Notes: generated by a model from the letters alone, not told the origin. A stretch of DNA of 64,000 bases from a bacterium (GCA_030688365.1 JAUYIE010000018.1:33973-97972), one strand, 5' to 3'. Positions 47,560 through 58,049 are shown, counted from the first letter of the stretch. Translations and numbers: made by a program.

Positions 47560-48864
47560 TTATTTTACCAATGAATCATCAAACTCTCCCAAAGTAACCT
47601 TGATATCTTTCTCTTTTCCTCTTGAAAAAACCTTAAGCGTGACTTCAGTGTTTGGCTCATAGAGTGACAATACATGAGCAAGCGCATTTTCATCATTTAT
47701 TTTCTTTCCATCCACCTCTAAAATAATATCATCTTCAGCCAACCCCGCCTTTTCTGCCGGACTGCCAGATACCACACCACGTTCTTTCTTAGTCGGATCC
47801 CCCACGATTACTGCACCATAGCTGTTAGGAAGATTATTTTTCTTCACATATTCCTCATCAACCATCTGGTATCGCACACCTAGCCAAGGACGGACTATTT
47901 TGCCATGCGCACGGACACTCTCCAGGTCTCTCTTCATGATACTAGAAGGAATCGCAAATCCTACTGACTGACCGGAACGTGATACTGCCGTATTCATCCC
48001 GACAACCTTACCTGCGAGATTGAGTAACGGCCCGCCGGAGTTTCCATGGTTGATCGCCGCATCAGTTTGTATCGCTTCATAGATCGTACCCACTTCCCCG
48101 TTGTTGCCACTTGCTTGTACGACGCGATTTATACCTGAAACAACACCTCGCGTCACCGTATTACGAAACTCACCCAATGTGTTGCCGATTGCAATCACTG
48201 TTTGCCCTATCTCCACAGCATCTTCATCAGCAAACTCCAGTGGCACTACATCAGTCGCCTCTATTTTTATCACCGCAACATCGTTCAAAGAGTCGGTAGC
48301 CAGTATCTTCGCGGGATATTCAGTACCATCGTTGGTTACCACTACGTAATCGGCACTCGTATCTGACACCACATGATGATTGGTCAAAATCATCCCATCA
48401 GCTGAAATAATAAATCCTGAACCTTCTCCAATTGTTTGTTTCTCAATTGGTGTATCTTCTTGCGGTGCGGGATTGCGTGGTTCTGTAGGTAACGGTATTT
48501 GAAAAAAATTACCAAATGGACTGGAAAAAAATGGATTGTTTGCCGATGGTGCTGTAACTTCTTTTTTTACCAAAATACTTACCACTGACGGTGACGCCTG
48601 TTTGACCACATCAATGGTCGCCGAATCTTCTTGTACCATACGTGTCTCTTGCGTAACATTTTGTACTAGTCCATTGGGTGTCTCAATGCCAAAATAGGAA
48701 GCAATGCTCCCTCCTTGAGTAAAGCCGACAATACCACCGACTAATCCACCAAAAAAACCAAACCCCAAAGAAATGACCGCAAGAAAAATCATGGTAATAA
48801 TGATTGACTTCCTTGGATATTTGTACACGGTCAACTGTTGTGACTCATCCATATATTTATTCAT
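47560..48864 (-). CDS. htrA: membrane-anchored HtrA/DegP-family serine protease with one PDZ domain
   Basis: N-terminal TM, GSGFII, TNHHV, QTDAAINHGNSGGPL, PWLGV, GSPAEKAGL. Confidence 0.93.
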   Translation of the reverse strand: MNKYMDESQQLTVYKYPRKSIIITMIFLAVISLGFGFFGGLVGGIVGFTQGGSIASYFGIETPNGLVQNVTQETRMVQEDSATIDVVKQASPSVVSILVKKEVTAPSANNPFFSSPFGNFFQIPLPTEPRNPAPQEDTPIEKQTIGEGSGFIISADGMILTNHHVVSDTSADYVVVTNDGTEYPAKILATDSLNDVAVIKIEATDVVPLEFADEDAVEIGQTVIAIGNTLGEFRNTVTRGVVSGINRVVQASGNNGEVGTIYEAIQTDAAINHGNSGGPLLNLAGKVVGMNTAVSRSGQSVGFAIPSSIMKRDLESVRAHGKIVRPWLGVRYQMVDEEYVKKNNLPNSYGAVIVGDPTKKERGVVSGSPAEKAGLAEDDIILEVDGKKINDENALAHVLSLYEPNTEVTLKVFSRGKEKDIKVTLGEFDDSLVK

Positions 48865-48871
48865 TAATTAC

Positions 48872-49903
48872 TTATCGGCGGGCAATATGTTTAACCCCGC
48901 GTAGTGTTTTCATAAAATCAATTGTTTTTTTCAATCCCTCATCAAGCAATACCACAGGAAACCACCCGGTTTCTTCCTTCACCTTATAGATATTGCCAAT
49001 ATCATTATGTAATTCCCATGCTTTTTGTACAGGGTCGTTCACTGCTTCGTCTGCAAGCCATTCTATTTTTGAAGTTGATTTGGTCAATGCAATAATTTTT
49101 TCTGCCAACTCCTTATAGGTATACACGGCAGTGTGGTTAATGTTGTAAATACCGGAATTTTCAGATGCCATGACTTTTTCAAGACCATTCACTACATCAG
49201 AGATAAAACAAAATGCTCCTTTTTCTAACGCACGCGGGATTTGTAATGGTTTGTTTGCCAACGCACTGGCGATCAAGTGCGGGACGATCCGTCCATCATC
49301 AAGATACATACCCGGTCCATAAACAGTACCTACTCGCGCAATTGCGTATGACAATGAATAATTTTTGGCATACGCCACTACCATTGCTTCAGCAGTACGT
49401 TTTGCGTATGCATAATAATTCAGCGGGTCAAGGTGATTTAACACTCCGACATAATCTTCTGATGGTGTGTATCCTTCTTGCGGAAGCATGCCATACACAC
49501 GTAGATCAGATAAAAATAACACTTTGGCACGGTATTGTGTAGCAACATCCAAGACATTTTTTGTTCCAGCAATACCGGTATTGAGGGTTTCAATCGGATG
49601 GTGGACATACCACTGTGGCGAATCTGTCAACGCACAATGATATATTTCATGGATTCCCTCATAAATGGCCTTTGCTCGTTTTGTACCTGCCATAGTCTTG
49701 AGATCAAACGGTGTCGTGATATCATGGCGTACCATAGTAAAGCCGGGACGCGCCAGTAGATGATCAATGTTTTCTTCATGTCCTGTTACATAATCATCAA
49801 TACAAATCACATGACGGTTGTGATCCAATAGATATTCACACAGATGAGCGCCGATAAATCCAGCACCACCAACAACTAACGCATTTTGAAAATCTTGAGG
49901 CAT
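48872..49903 (-). CDS. UDP-glucuronate decarboxylase-like SDR (divergent)
   Basis: GGAGFIG, RHDIT, PIETL, YAYAKR (YxxxK), YGPGM..DDGRIV. Confidence 0.8.
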   Translation of the reverse strand: MPQDFQNALVVGGAGFIGAHLCEYLLDHNRHVICIDDYVTGHEENIDHLLARPGFTMVRHDITTPFDLKTMAGTKRAKAIYEGIHEIYHCALTDSPQWYVHHPIETLNTGIAGTKNVLDVATQYRAKVLFLSDLRVYGMLPQEGYTPSEDYVGVLNHLDPLNYYAYAKRTAEAMVVAYAKNYSLSYAIARVGTVYGPGMYLDDGRIVPHLIASALANKPLQIPRALEKGAFCFISDVVNGLEKVMASENSGIYNINHTAVYTYKELAEKIIALTKSTSKIEWLADEAVNDPVQKAWELHNDIGNIYKVKEETGWFPVVLLDEGLKKTIDFMKTLRGVKHIARR

Positions 49904-49915
49904 ACATCAAAAAAA

Positions 49916-51967
49916 TTAACGTATTGTTCCTACTTCTATCCCCTTCCTATATTTTTCTTCAAAGGCAAAAAATTGTGCGATCACACCTTTCTGTAAACTA
50001 AATGCACGCACATGAGGTCCCCCATTACCGCGAGGACCGGCAACAACATCAGCAATCCTGTCACCATCTATATCACCACATGATACATTGATACCACCTT
50101 TAAATCCTTTATTGTAAGGATACCAGCTGCGCAAGAGTTCTCCATGTCCGGTAGAAATATGGATTTCATCTCCAACAATCGGACTGGTAATAATTTCCGC
50201 CTTTCCGTCATTATTGACATCACACGATGCGAGTTCAGCACCTGTATGTGCCGACGGACTATATGTAGCCCACATTTCTTTTTGTTCACCTTTGTCATTG
50301 AATACTCGTACTTGTGCATCATTGGCTCGTGATGCCGTGATGATCTCTGCCTTGCCATCACCATCTATATCACCAACCGCAACAGACCACCCTGTACGCA
50401 TTGTCTTGTCATACGCAAAAAATTGCCCAATGACCGTCCCGTCTTGCTTGAAGATGCGTATTTGAGGACCACCGCTTGATTCCGGTATGACCACAATCTC
50501 ATCTGTACCATCACTGTTTATATCCCCCATCGCAATATTTATACCTCCGCGAAATTTTTTGTCATACGCAAAAAATTGGGTAAGAAGTTTTGCGCTTTTA
50601 TCAAAAATACGCACGTGAGGTCCCCCTCCTTTTCCTGCCGCTACTACTATCCAATCACTGGTTTTTGACGTGGCAGTATGAAATGGCACCCTAAACGGCC
50701 CAAAAGGGAAAAAAGATGTTGTCATTGATCCTTGACGACTCATGATTGTCAATGGTGAAGTACCATCGCGTTTTGATACCAAGAGTGCACCACTTGCTGT
50801 TGTTCCCGCACCTTGGAGAACAAACGTCGCGCCTGTTTGTTCCAGTGCAAGACGTACTGATTTACCCACGTTGACCCTGCCGCATCCTAGTTTCCCGACA
50901 TAATTCACATTGAGCGCGTCAATTTCATCACATCCCCCTTTAAGAGCGGTCATCACATCAGCAGTGCTCGCATGTGAATTGACTGATAATATCAATGCCG
51001 CAAGTCCTGAAATCACTGCTGTAGATAACGAAGTGCCCGACCAACCGCCACCGTATGGCGCATCAAATCCGGAAACATAGCTATCTACCAATTGAGTGGA
51101 ATAAAAATCATTACCGGGTACTGACACGTCTACACAGGAACCATAATTTGAAAATTGTGTTTTTTGCCCCAATGAATCCAACGACGCCACACCAATCACC
51201 GCATTGTCAGTACCATCGTAACACGCAGGATACATCTTTGTTTTAGTCGTATCTAGACCTCCTCGCAAATGGTCATCATTTCCGGACGCAGCAACGATGA
51301 CAATACCCGCCTTATGGGCACGACTGATAGCATCTTCCAAAAATCCGCTATCGTTGGGTCCCACAAAACTTAAATTGATGATATTTGCTTTTTGTTTTAT
51401 TGCATAATCTATCGCACGTACTACTGCTATCACATCCCCTTCACCATTGCTATTGATCACACGTAAGGGCATAATACGGCTTCGCCATGAAATACCGGTA
51501 ATACCAATACCATTATTTCCCCTACCTGCGGCAACACCTGCGAGGATAGTTCCGTGCTCCATGCCGGCACTGATAAATGATGTGCCAAACTTTGGACGAG
51601 GATCAGGGGAACTGCTCACAAAATCCCATCCGTTTATGTCATCAACAAAACCATTATGATCGTTGTCAATGTTGTCACCGGGAATTTCATTTGTATTCAC
51701 CCAGATGCTGTCTTTCAAGTCAGGGTGATTGATATCTACCCCACTGTCAATGATAGCTATGATTGGCAATTGTGAACCGGTAGTAACTTCCCATGCTTGA
51801 TTCACGTTTATACTACGCAAATATCCCTGACGAGAATAAAACTCATCGTTGGGAGTGACGGTGGGAGACACGATCGCCGCATTGGCGATACGCAAAAATC
51901 CACCCGATTGACCGGCAATAAGGCAGATGAAGAATACAATGGCGCTTCGCATGAAAGTTCGCATCAT
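49916..51967 (-). CDS. secreted S8 subtilase with C-terminal FG-GAP-like repeats
   Basis: IIDSG, HGT and GTS triad; repeats GGPHVRIF..FFAY...GG.N.A.GD.D.DG..EI. Confidence 0.92.
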   Translation of the reverse strand: MMRTFMRSAIVFFICLIAGQSGGFLRIANAAIVSPTVTPNDEFYSRQGYLRSINVNQAWEVTTGSQLPIIAIIDSGVDINHPDLKDSIWVNTNEIPGDNIDNDHNGFVDDINGWDFVSSSPDPRPKFGTSFISAGMEHGTILAGVAAGRGNNGIGITGISWRSRIMPLRVINSNGEGDVIAVVRAIDYAIKQKANIINLSFVGPNDSGFLEDAISRAHKAGIVIVAASGNDDHLRGGLDTTKTKMYPACYDGTDNAVIGVASLDSLGQKTQFSNYGSCVDVSVPGNDFYSTQLVDSYVSGFDAPYGGGWSGTSLSTAVISGLAALILSVNSHASTADVMTALKGGCDEIDALNVNYVGKLGCGRVNVGKSVRLALEQTGATFVLQGAGTTASGALLVSKRDGTSPLTIMSRQGSMTTSFFPFGPFRVPFHTATSKTSDWIVVAAGKGGGPHVRIFDKSAKLLTQFFAYDKKFRGGINIAMGDINSDGTDEIVVIPESSGGPQIRIFKQDGTVIGQFFAYDKTMRTGWSVAVGDIDGDGKAEIITASRANDAQVRVFNDKGEQKEMWATYSPSAHTGAELASCDVNNDGKAEIITSPIVGDEIHISTGHGELLRSWYPYNKGFKGGINVSCGDIDGDRIADVVAGPRGNGGPHVRAFSLQKGVIAQFFAFEEKYRKGIEVGTIR

Positions 51968-52070
51968 GTAGATAGTATATCACTTGTTATGAAGATCTCA
52001 AGGTGTGTATTTCTTTGATTTCTCCATTGCACTATACAATACCGCCTATGAAGAAAATATGAAGCAGACA

Positions 52071-52775
52071 CTATGGCGTAGGAGTAGGCAATAAGGAGTT
52101 GATATGCTCTTGAATGCGCGCATCATCAGGCGATTGCTTTGCAATTTCCTGCCAGTATAAAAGTGATTCGGATAGATAATTGTTTTGCTCCAAAAAAAGC
52201 GCATACGCACGCATGAGATTTGGATCTTGATTTGTCCCCATCAGACCTTCAATGAATACACCACGTGCGACCGCCACCTCATCAAGGTGATACCAATATA
52301 ATTCAGCAAGTTTTTGATAGTTTGATGATTCAGTTGGTGCTTTACTGATTGCCTGGCGGTATGCGTCTTTGGCATCTTCGTAATTTCCCGCCGCTTCATG
52401 TACCGAGCCTATGTTTGAAAACGCGACAAAGGAAGTCGGATCAGCGTTCGCGGCACGTTTGTACGCATCAAGTGATAAATCATTTCTACCCAAACTGGCA
52501 AAATGAATACCCAAATCAATGTACTGCATCGTCATTGTCGGCTCATCTTTTGTATCACCGCTTGCGATCTCACTCTCAATATCACGGATAGACTGCTCAA
52601 TCGTACTCCTTTGCTCATCAGTTAGCGTCGTTTGAGTAACATAATGTGATGCCATATATTGCACATGATCTATTTGTTTTTTAACCGTAGGTACCACAAA
52701 CCATAGTGCTATCAGCACCACCACAATCGCGAGTATTATGATAATAAATTTCCAGGAAGAAAGTGTTCGTTCCAT
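52071..52775 (-). CDS. membrane-anchored TPR protein
   Basis: N-terminal TM, then TPR patterns (NIGSVHEAAGNYEDAKDAYRQAI..P). Confidence 0.85.
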   Translation of the reverse strand: MERTLSSWKFIIIILAIVVVLIALWFVVPTVKKQIDHVQYMASHYVTQTTLTDEQRSTIEQSIRDIESEIASGDTKDEPTMTMQYIDLGIHFASLGRNDLSLDAYKRAANADPTSFVAFSNIGSVHEAAGNYEDAKDAYRQAISKAPTESSNYQKLAELYWYHLDEVAVARGVFIEGLMGTNQDPNLMRAYALFLEQNNYLSESLLYWQEIAKQSPDDARIQEHINSLLPTPTP

Positions 52776-52838
52776 AGTCTGATATTCTCAAAGTCCCTCT
52801 ATCTTAATGAAAAAAACATTCCTTGTCAAAAACCCTGA

Positions 52839-52888
52839 CAAAAAAGACTCTCTCCGCCCGCCAAATAGCGGGGAAAAGAGTCTTTTTG
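52839..52888 (-). terminator. intrinsic terminator after the 375-aa surface protein
   Basis: AAAAAGACTCT...AGAGTCTTTTT with inner CCGC/GCGG stem. Confidence 0.75.
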
Positions 52889-52907
52889 AGCTCGCACCGA
52901 TATCGTC

Positions 52908-54035
52908 CTATCTTTTGGCTCCTGAATACGCGATCGCACGCACTACATCCCATTCACGGGCAGTCGTGGCGATTTTGCCATACACTGCTCTAAATGTTTT
53001 AAGTGCGGCCGCTTCGCTGTCAAGATTACGATGCACTGATCGCAGACCATATCCCATGACCGTCACTGCTGCGCTGTCATTAGGATTTTTCATGTCTGCT
53101 GCGCGTTTGTAAACCAACTTAAAGTTGATTTTTGCGCGATCTTCGGCTGCTTTGCTTGTTTGAGAAGGAAAGCGACCGTTTGCGATCTTGAGTGCGTCTG
53201 ACCATCCACTTTCCGTTGTAGGAAAGGAGCCAAATGCTGCCAAGTAGCTATTGAGTACACCGGCGCGCTCTCCTGCCCCCAACTTAAGGGTAGTAGGCGT
53301 ACCGTATGTAATGAACGCTACCATTTCTTGCTTATTACTTGTATCCACTGTTTGACCTTTTGAAATAGTAGCAAACAATGTTGTCTCCGTCTTTTGCTCT
53401 GCTGATAGACTTGATTTGGCGTTGACTGAAGCGGCGAGTTCTGCCGGAGTAGATGAGATCGTCGCTGATTCAGCTTTTATCGCTTCAATCTGTGCTGTAC
53501 GTGCGTCTTCTACGGAAGTAGTAGGTGCAGGCGTAGCAACAGTCGTCGTATCAGTTGTTGTTGTGTCTGTCGTTGTGTCGGTTGTAGTGTCTGTTGTTGT
53601 GTCAGTCGTAGGAGCAGACGTTGAAGTACCACCACCACCACCGCCAACTACACCGCCACTTGCTGCGGGTGTACTCGCTACAGTACATTCCGTTGCGGTT
53701 GGCGTAAATACAACACTCGTAAGTGGTCCAGTCAACGTTACAGAATTTTGTGATGATGTACATGTCTGCGTGTATGCGCCACCGTTTGTCAAAAGATATC
53801 TATCTGCAGACACAACAGTGAATGTACTTCCACTAGGAACTGTAACGGTAAAGGTTGTCGCGCCGACATCAAGTTGTGTAGCAACAGACCCCGTAGAGAT
53901 CGTTAACGTAATATCATTCACTGACATGTAAGTGTCTGTACTGTATGTGAGATCCGCTGCTGATGCCAACTGTCCTACTCCTGCGCTTGCAAGCACGAAG
54001 ACACCAACCACCAGAGAAACTATTTTTTTCTTCAT
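52908..54035 (-). CDS. secreted protein: small beta-rich domain, G/T linker and conserved C-terminal domain
   Basis: Signal peptide MKKKIVSLVV...ASA, TTDT linker, C-terminus homologous to that of the 2353-aa protein. Confidence 0.85.
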   Translation of the reverse strand: MKKKIVSLVVGVFVLASAGVGQLASAADLTYSTDTYMSVNDITLTISTGSVATQLDVGATTFTVTVPSGSTFTVVSADRYLLTNGGAYTQTCTSSQNSVTLTGPLTSVVFTPTATECTVASTPAASGGVVGGGGGGTSTSAPTTDTTTDTTTDTTTDTTTTDTTTVATPAPTTSVEDARTAQIEAIKAESATISSTPAELAASVNAKSSLSAEQKTETTLFATISKGQTVDTSNKQEMVAFITYGTPTTLKLGAGERAGVLNSYLAAFGSFPTTESGWSDALKIANGRFPSQTSKAAEDRAKINFKLVYKRAADMKNPNDSAAVTVMGYGLRSVHRNLDSEAAALKTFRAVYGKIATTAREWDVVRAIAYSGAKR

Positions 54036-54068
54036 AAGAAGATTGGTGATATGAATTAGTCTTCGCGA

Positions 54069-56675
54069 TTATTCAATACAGATGTAATTAATGACTTTTG
54101 CTGATGCGGTCCACGCCGATGCTGGAGTAATAGTAAGTGCTGTAGCTGATGTCGTGGCAACAGGTTTAATGGTACCAGCATCCTCAAAATCAGTAGCTGT
54201 TGTCGCATCACCTGCTGAAATTATACAGACAGGTGCAGCACTATATGTCTTATCAAATGCGAGAATGATAGCATTTGTGTCAGCCGTTGTCGCTGTACGG
54301 ATCTGCCCACGCATGTCAGTACATGTTCCTGCACCATTTCCAGCAGTACAAGTTGGAACTTGTCCAGCATATGTAGCAACAGGTGCTGTTGTCTGCGTTG
54401 ATCTCAAGTGAGAACCAGCTTGGTCACCTGCATTGATAATAACCGCGCCGGTTGCGTCACCGATAGTGGTACGCGTTCCTTGACCGATCGTCAATGTAAT
54501 ATTTCCTCCTGCCTTTGAAGCATCTTGACCCGCACCGGCAGCACCTGATGCGATTGTTACATTTCCACCCGCACCATCAGTCGTCGCACCGTCTCCACCG
54601 GCACCTGCCGTCAGAGTAATCGCACCACCGGCTCCACCGGTAAGACCTGTTCCCGACCCACCGGCACCGGCGGTAAGAGCGTATGCTCCACCAGCACCGT
54701 TTGTACCAGCACCAGTTGAGTTCACACCACCGGCACCAAGAGTAATAGTCATTGCTCCACCAGCACCAGAATCAGCAGAGGCACCTGTGGCGATTCCACC
54801 ATCACCTGTATTGATCGCGAGTGCGCCAGCAGCACCACCAGCTTCTGCTGCGGCAGGAGTACTACCCGCACCTGTTGTTACTGTTATCGCGCCACCAGCT
54901 CGTGCTGCCGTACCAGCGGTACCACCAGCACCTGATGTGATAGCAATCGCGCCACCTGCAGCATCAGTGCCAGCATCGCCACCTATTATAGAAACTGTAC
55001 CTGGTACGTTGTCAAGATCTGCTGTTCCAGACTGGACAGTCACTGCACCTGATACTCCACCAGCCGCAACACCAGAGCCCAAGGTAACCGCACCTGTCGC
55101 ACCAGCTGTTGATGCTCCGGAAGCAATCGTAACTGCACCAGATGCACCTGTTGCTGTTTGAGTTCCACCAGTGATAGCTACTGCACCACCGGCACCTGTC
55201 GCACCAGCGGCACCACCAGTGATAGCAATGGCACCACCGTTACCGGTACCGTTTCCATCACCACCGACAAGACTTGCAACCCCACCAACAGCGTCAGTCG
55301 TACCTGCACCACCTGTCACTGACACGGCACCACCAGCACCAGAGGTTGCGCCACCAGCACCACCAGTTAATGATCCAGCACCACCGGCACCTGTCGCACC
55401 AGCGGCACCTGCTACCAAGGTAACAGCACCACCGTTACTTGCCAGACGTCCCGCACCAGCGGTAAGTGTTACTGCACCACCAGCCGCGCCTGTCGTACTT
55501 GAACCCGCACCAGCTGCACCAGCGGTAATACTTACTGCACCACCGGCACCTGCTGTACCAGCACCACTTGTCGCTCCACCGGCACCTGCTGTTAAGTTCA
55601 ATGCACCACCGGCACCTGCTGTACCAGTTGTATCAGCTCCACCGGCACCAGAAGTTATGGCATAGGCACCACCGGCACCACCGGTACCAACCACTGCACC
55701 ACCACCTGCACCCAGTGTCCATGCTACCCCACCACCGGCACCACCGGTACCAGCATCTGAAGCGGCTCCACCAGCACCAAAAGTTACTGCCAAAGCACCA
55801 CCGGCACCACCGATACCAGTTACGGTGACTCCACCTGCACCTGTTGTTATAGAATGAGCTCCACCTGCACCACCGGTATTATCCAACGTTGCACCACCAC
55901 CTGCACCCGATACTGAAGTGATTGCACCACCGGCTGAAGGAGATGCGATAGCGGTTGTACCCGCTGCACCTGCCGTCATGGTGATTGCACCACCGGCTGC
56001 TCCGCCACCCGTACCACCTGCACCTGCTGTTACTGCTACCGCACCACCGGCAACGGTGCCTGCACCGTTATTTCCTGCCTGTACTGTAACGGTTCCCGGC
56101 ACACCTGTTGTTGTTGTTGCACCTGATGACAATGTAACTGCACCAGAAGCCGCTGCTGTTGCCGTTCCTGATCCGAGAGTCAAAGCACCCGAAATACCAG
56201 CCGAGTTACCTGATGTCAAAGAAACAGCACCGGTCGTTCCTGAAGTCGTTGTTGTTCCTGATGCGAGAGTCAAAGCACCCGAAGCAGCAGCTATGGCTGT
56301 TCCAGAAGCGAGACCGACTGCACCCGAAGCGGCGGCAGAAGCACCCGAAGCGAGTGTTAACGCACCAGTCGTTCCTGAAGTCGTTGTTGTTCCCGACTTA
56401 AGGTTTACTGCACCTGAATCCTGTGCGGTACCTGCACCGGAGGTGAGTGTCAACGCACCACCAGTCGCTGCTGTACCTGCACCTGCAGTTGCGGTAATCG
56501 CGCCCGCTGAAGCTGCAGTCACTGTGTATGCGCCATCAGACGCCACTGTGTTTGCGCTAAATGTAAGCGCCGCCATTGCAGGTTGGGTGATGCCAAACAT
56601 CAACGCCAACGCCGCGACGCCAACCACCGGCACAATACGTGCTCGTGTGTGGCGCAAGAAAGAGTGTTCTCTCAT
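54069..56675 (-). CDS. secreted Gly/Ala/Thr-rich repeat protein (fibre/adhesin-like)
   Basis: Signal peptide ending AMA; dozens of G-[AT]-[ILV]-x-[ILV]-x-[AST]-G repeats; Cys-containing C-terminal head (FDKTYSAAPVCIIS...INYICIE). Confidence 0.8.
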   Translation of the reverse strand: MREHSFLRHTRARIVPVVGVAALALMFGITQPAMAALTFSANTVASDGAYTVTAASAGAITATAGAGTAATGGALTLTSGAGTAQDSGAVNLKSGTTTTSGTTGALTLASGASAAASGAVGLASGTAIAAASGALTLASGTTTTSGTTGAVSLTSGNSAGISGALTLGSGTATAAASGAVTLSSGATTTTGVPGTVTVQAGNNGAGTVAGGAVAVTAGAGGTGGGAAGGAITMTAGAAGTTAIASPSAGGAITSVSGAGGGATLDNTGGAGGAHSITTGAGGVTVTGIGGAGGALAVTFGAGGAASDAGTGGAGGGVAWTLGAGGGAVVGTGGAGGAYAITSGAGGADTTGTAGAGGALNLTAGAGGATSGAGTAGAGGAVSITAGAAGAGSSTTGAAGGAVTLTAGAGRLASNGGAVTLVAGAAGATGAGGAGSLTGGAGGATSGAGGAVSVTGGAGTTDAVGGVASLVGGDGNGTGNGGAIAITGGAAGATGAGGAVAITGGTQTATGASGAVTIASGASTAGATGAVTLGSGVAAGGVSGAVTVQSGTADLDNVPGTVSIIGGDAGTDAAGGAIAITSGAGGTAGTAARAGGAITVTTGAGSTPAAAEAGGAAGALAINTGDGGIATGASADSGAGGAMTITLGAGGVNSTGAGTNGAGGAYALTAGAGGSGTGLTGGAGGAITLTAGAGGDGATTDGAGGNVTIASGAAGAGQDASKAGGNITLTIGQGTRTTIGDATGAVIINAGDQAGSHLRSTQTTAPVATYAGQVPTCTAGNGAGTCTDMRGQIRTATTADTNAIILAFDKTYSAAPVCIISAGDATTATDFEDAGTIKPVATTSATALTITPASAWTASAKVINYICIE

Positions 56676-56825
56676 AGCTTGTAAGCTTATTAATATTAAA
56701 AATCAAAACACAAAATAATTTTTGCCTTCGTAAGTAAGCAGCTGTCAAACAGTATAGCACTTTTTCTCATGAACTCACCTGTTGATAACATTATTTATCA
56801 TTTTTCTGCAAAAAAAATATAAATG

Positions 56826-57470
56826 CTATGGTAAAGCACTTATATCCACTTCATCACCAAGTTGTATGCCGTTCCTTTGGATAAACCCAGCCGGTACTTC
56901 CAAAATATAGTTTATTGGCACGTTTGGCTCAAAAGTATCAGGCACACTTTGAGAAGAAATCTCTGCTTTCATATCCACCACAAGACGACTATCATTTATC
57001 CAGATAAGATCCACATCAAAGATCATACCTTCCGCACTATAACTATATCGGCTGGGATTGCTTAACACATACAACATACCATGCCCCCGCGGTGGTGCAT
57101 CTCGGCCAACCAGCCCTTTTTCCTGTTTTGCACGCGTATCAGCTACTTCAACAGTCATGGGGATATCAGCAATAGTAATCGGTATTTCTTTAAAATCATC
57201 AGGACTGTCTGTACTTGATACATCAAGAGAATCACCAGCACCGTCTGGTGTCAAGCTATATGGCGTTGTAATAATACCTTCCCCGCTAGAGAGAGGTATC
57301 TCACCTGAAACTGCCGATTCAGAAATATCTGCCGTTATTAGATCATCGGTGTTTTTCATAGTAGTCGGTACAGAGGATGTGGCTGTCCTACCAAAAATCA
57401 ACCACCCTGCAACCGCAACCAAAAGCACTATAACAATAGCTATTCCTATGTAAAACGTCTTTGCTGTCAT
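56826..57470 (-). CDS. membrane-anchored DUF192 protein
   Basis: VEVADT...KGL, GMLY, DLIWI, YILEVPAG...GIQLGD. Confidence 0.88.
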   Translation of the reverse strand: MTAKTFYIGIAIVIVLLVAVAGWLIFGRTATSSVPTTMKNTDDLITADISESAVSGEIPLSSGEGIITTPYSLTPDGAGDSLDVSSTDSPDDFKEIPITIADIPMTVEVADTRAKQEKGLVGRDAPPRGHGMLYVLSNPSRYSYSAEGMIFDVDLIWINDSRLVVDMKAEISSQSVPDTFEPNVPINYILEVPAGFIQRNGIQLGDEVDISALP

Positions 57471-57479
57471 ATTACCCAC

Positions 57480-57854
57480 TTATTTTCCCGCTTTTTTCAG
57501 AGCATCTGCTGCAGGACTGGTATCATCAAGCGTTCCATAAAACATCACATTTGATTCATTGATATAGAGATCTTGTGGTGCCCAGACCGCTTCTGATAAC
57601 GGTACGAGTTGGAAAGTATCTTTTTCACCTTCTGCGCCAGCGGTCACGGACAAGAAATAGCCATTTGTCATCTTCAACCGAGGAAATGTCGTAAGTTTAC
57701 CCACATAAATCTGTCCTGTCTGCAGATATACCAATGAATATCCATCCCCTTCTTTGTTCCACATCTTCTTATACCCAAAATAACCAAGGATAAGCAATAC
57801 GATGATGATCACTACAGTCACTGTAGTCTTTGACCCAAGAGATTTCATTTTCAT
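57480..57854 (-). CDS. small membrane-anchored protein with Sm-like beta domain
   Basis: TM then YSLVYLQTGQIYVGKL...LYINESNVMF; start reassigned to ATG 57854. Confidence 0.7.
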   Translation of the reverse strand: MKMKSLGSKTTVTVVIIIVLLILGYFGYKKMWNKEGDGYSLVYLQTGQIYVGKLTTFPRLKMTNGYFLSVTAGAEGEKDTFQLVPLSEAVWAPQDLYINESNVMFYGTLDDTSPAADALKKAGK

Positions 57855-57960
57855 AGAAACAATGCCGTTAAGTATGAATAAAAATAAGTATATACAGTAT
57901 ACCAACCACAAGATCAGTGTCAACAAAAAATAACTGCGCGTGTTACTACATATCCACAAA

Positions 57961-57993
57961 AAAAGACCCTCGCCATAATGACGAGGGTCTTTT
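57961..57993 (-). terminator. intrinsic terminator after the S-layer-like gene
   Basis: Perfect 12-bp stem AAAAGACCCTCG/CGAGGGTCTTTT. Confidence 0.8.
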
Positions 57994-58049
57994 GCGCGTA
58001 GTCATGATGTCTTTATCACATCATAAGCGCGAATACGTTATTTCGAGGA

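Noticed and set aside
53536-53612. Short tandem GTTGT/GTGTC repeats (also near 34180-34270)
   Set aside because: They encode TTDT/Thr-rich linkers with synonymous variation; not a CRISPR array or contingency microsatellite.
54787-56718. Pro/Ala-rich plus-strand ORFs of 124-266 aa
   Set aside because: Antisense mirror of the Gly/Ala codons of the fibre gene; no RBS or independent signal.
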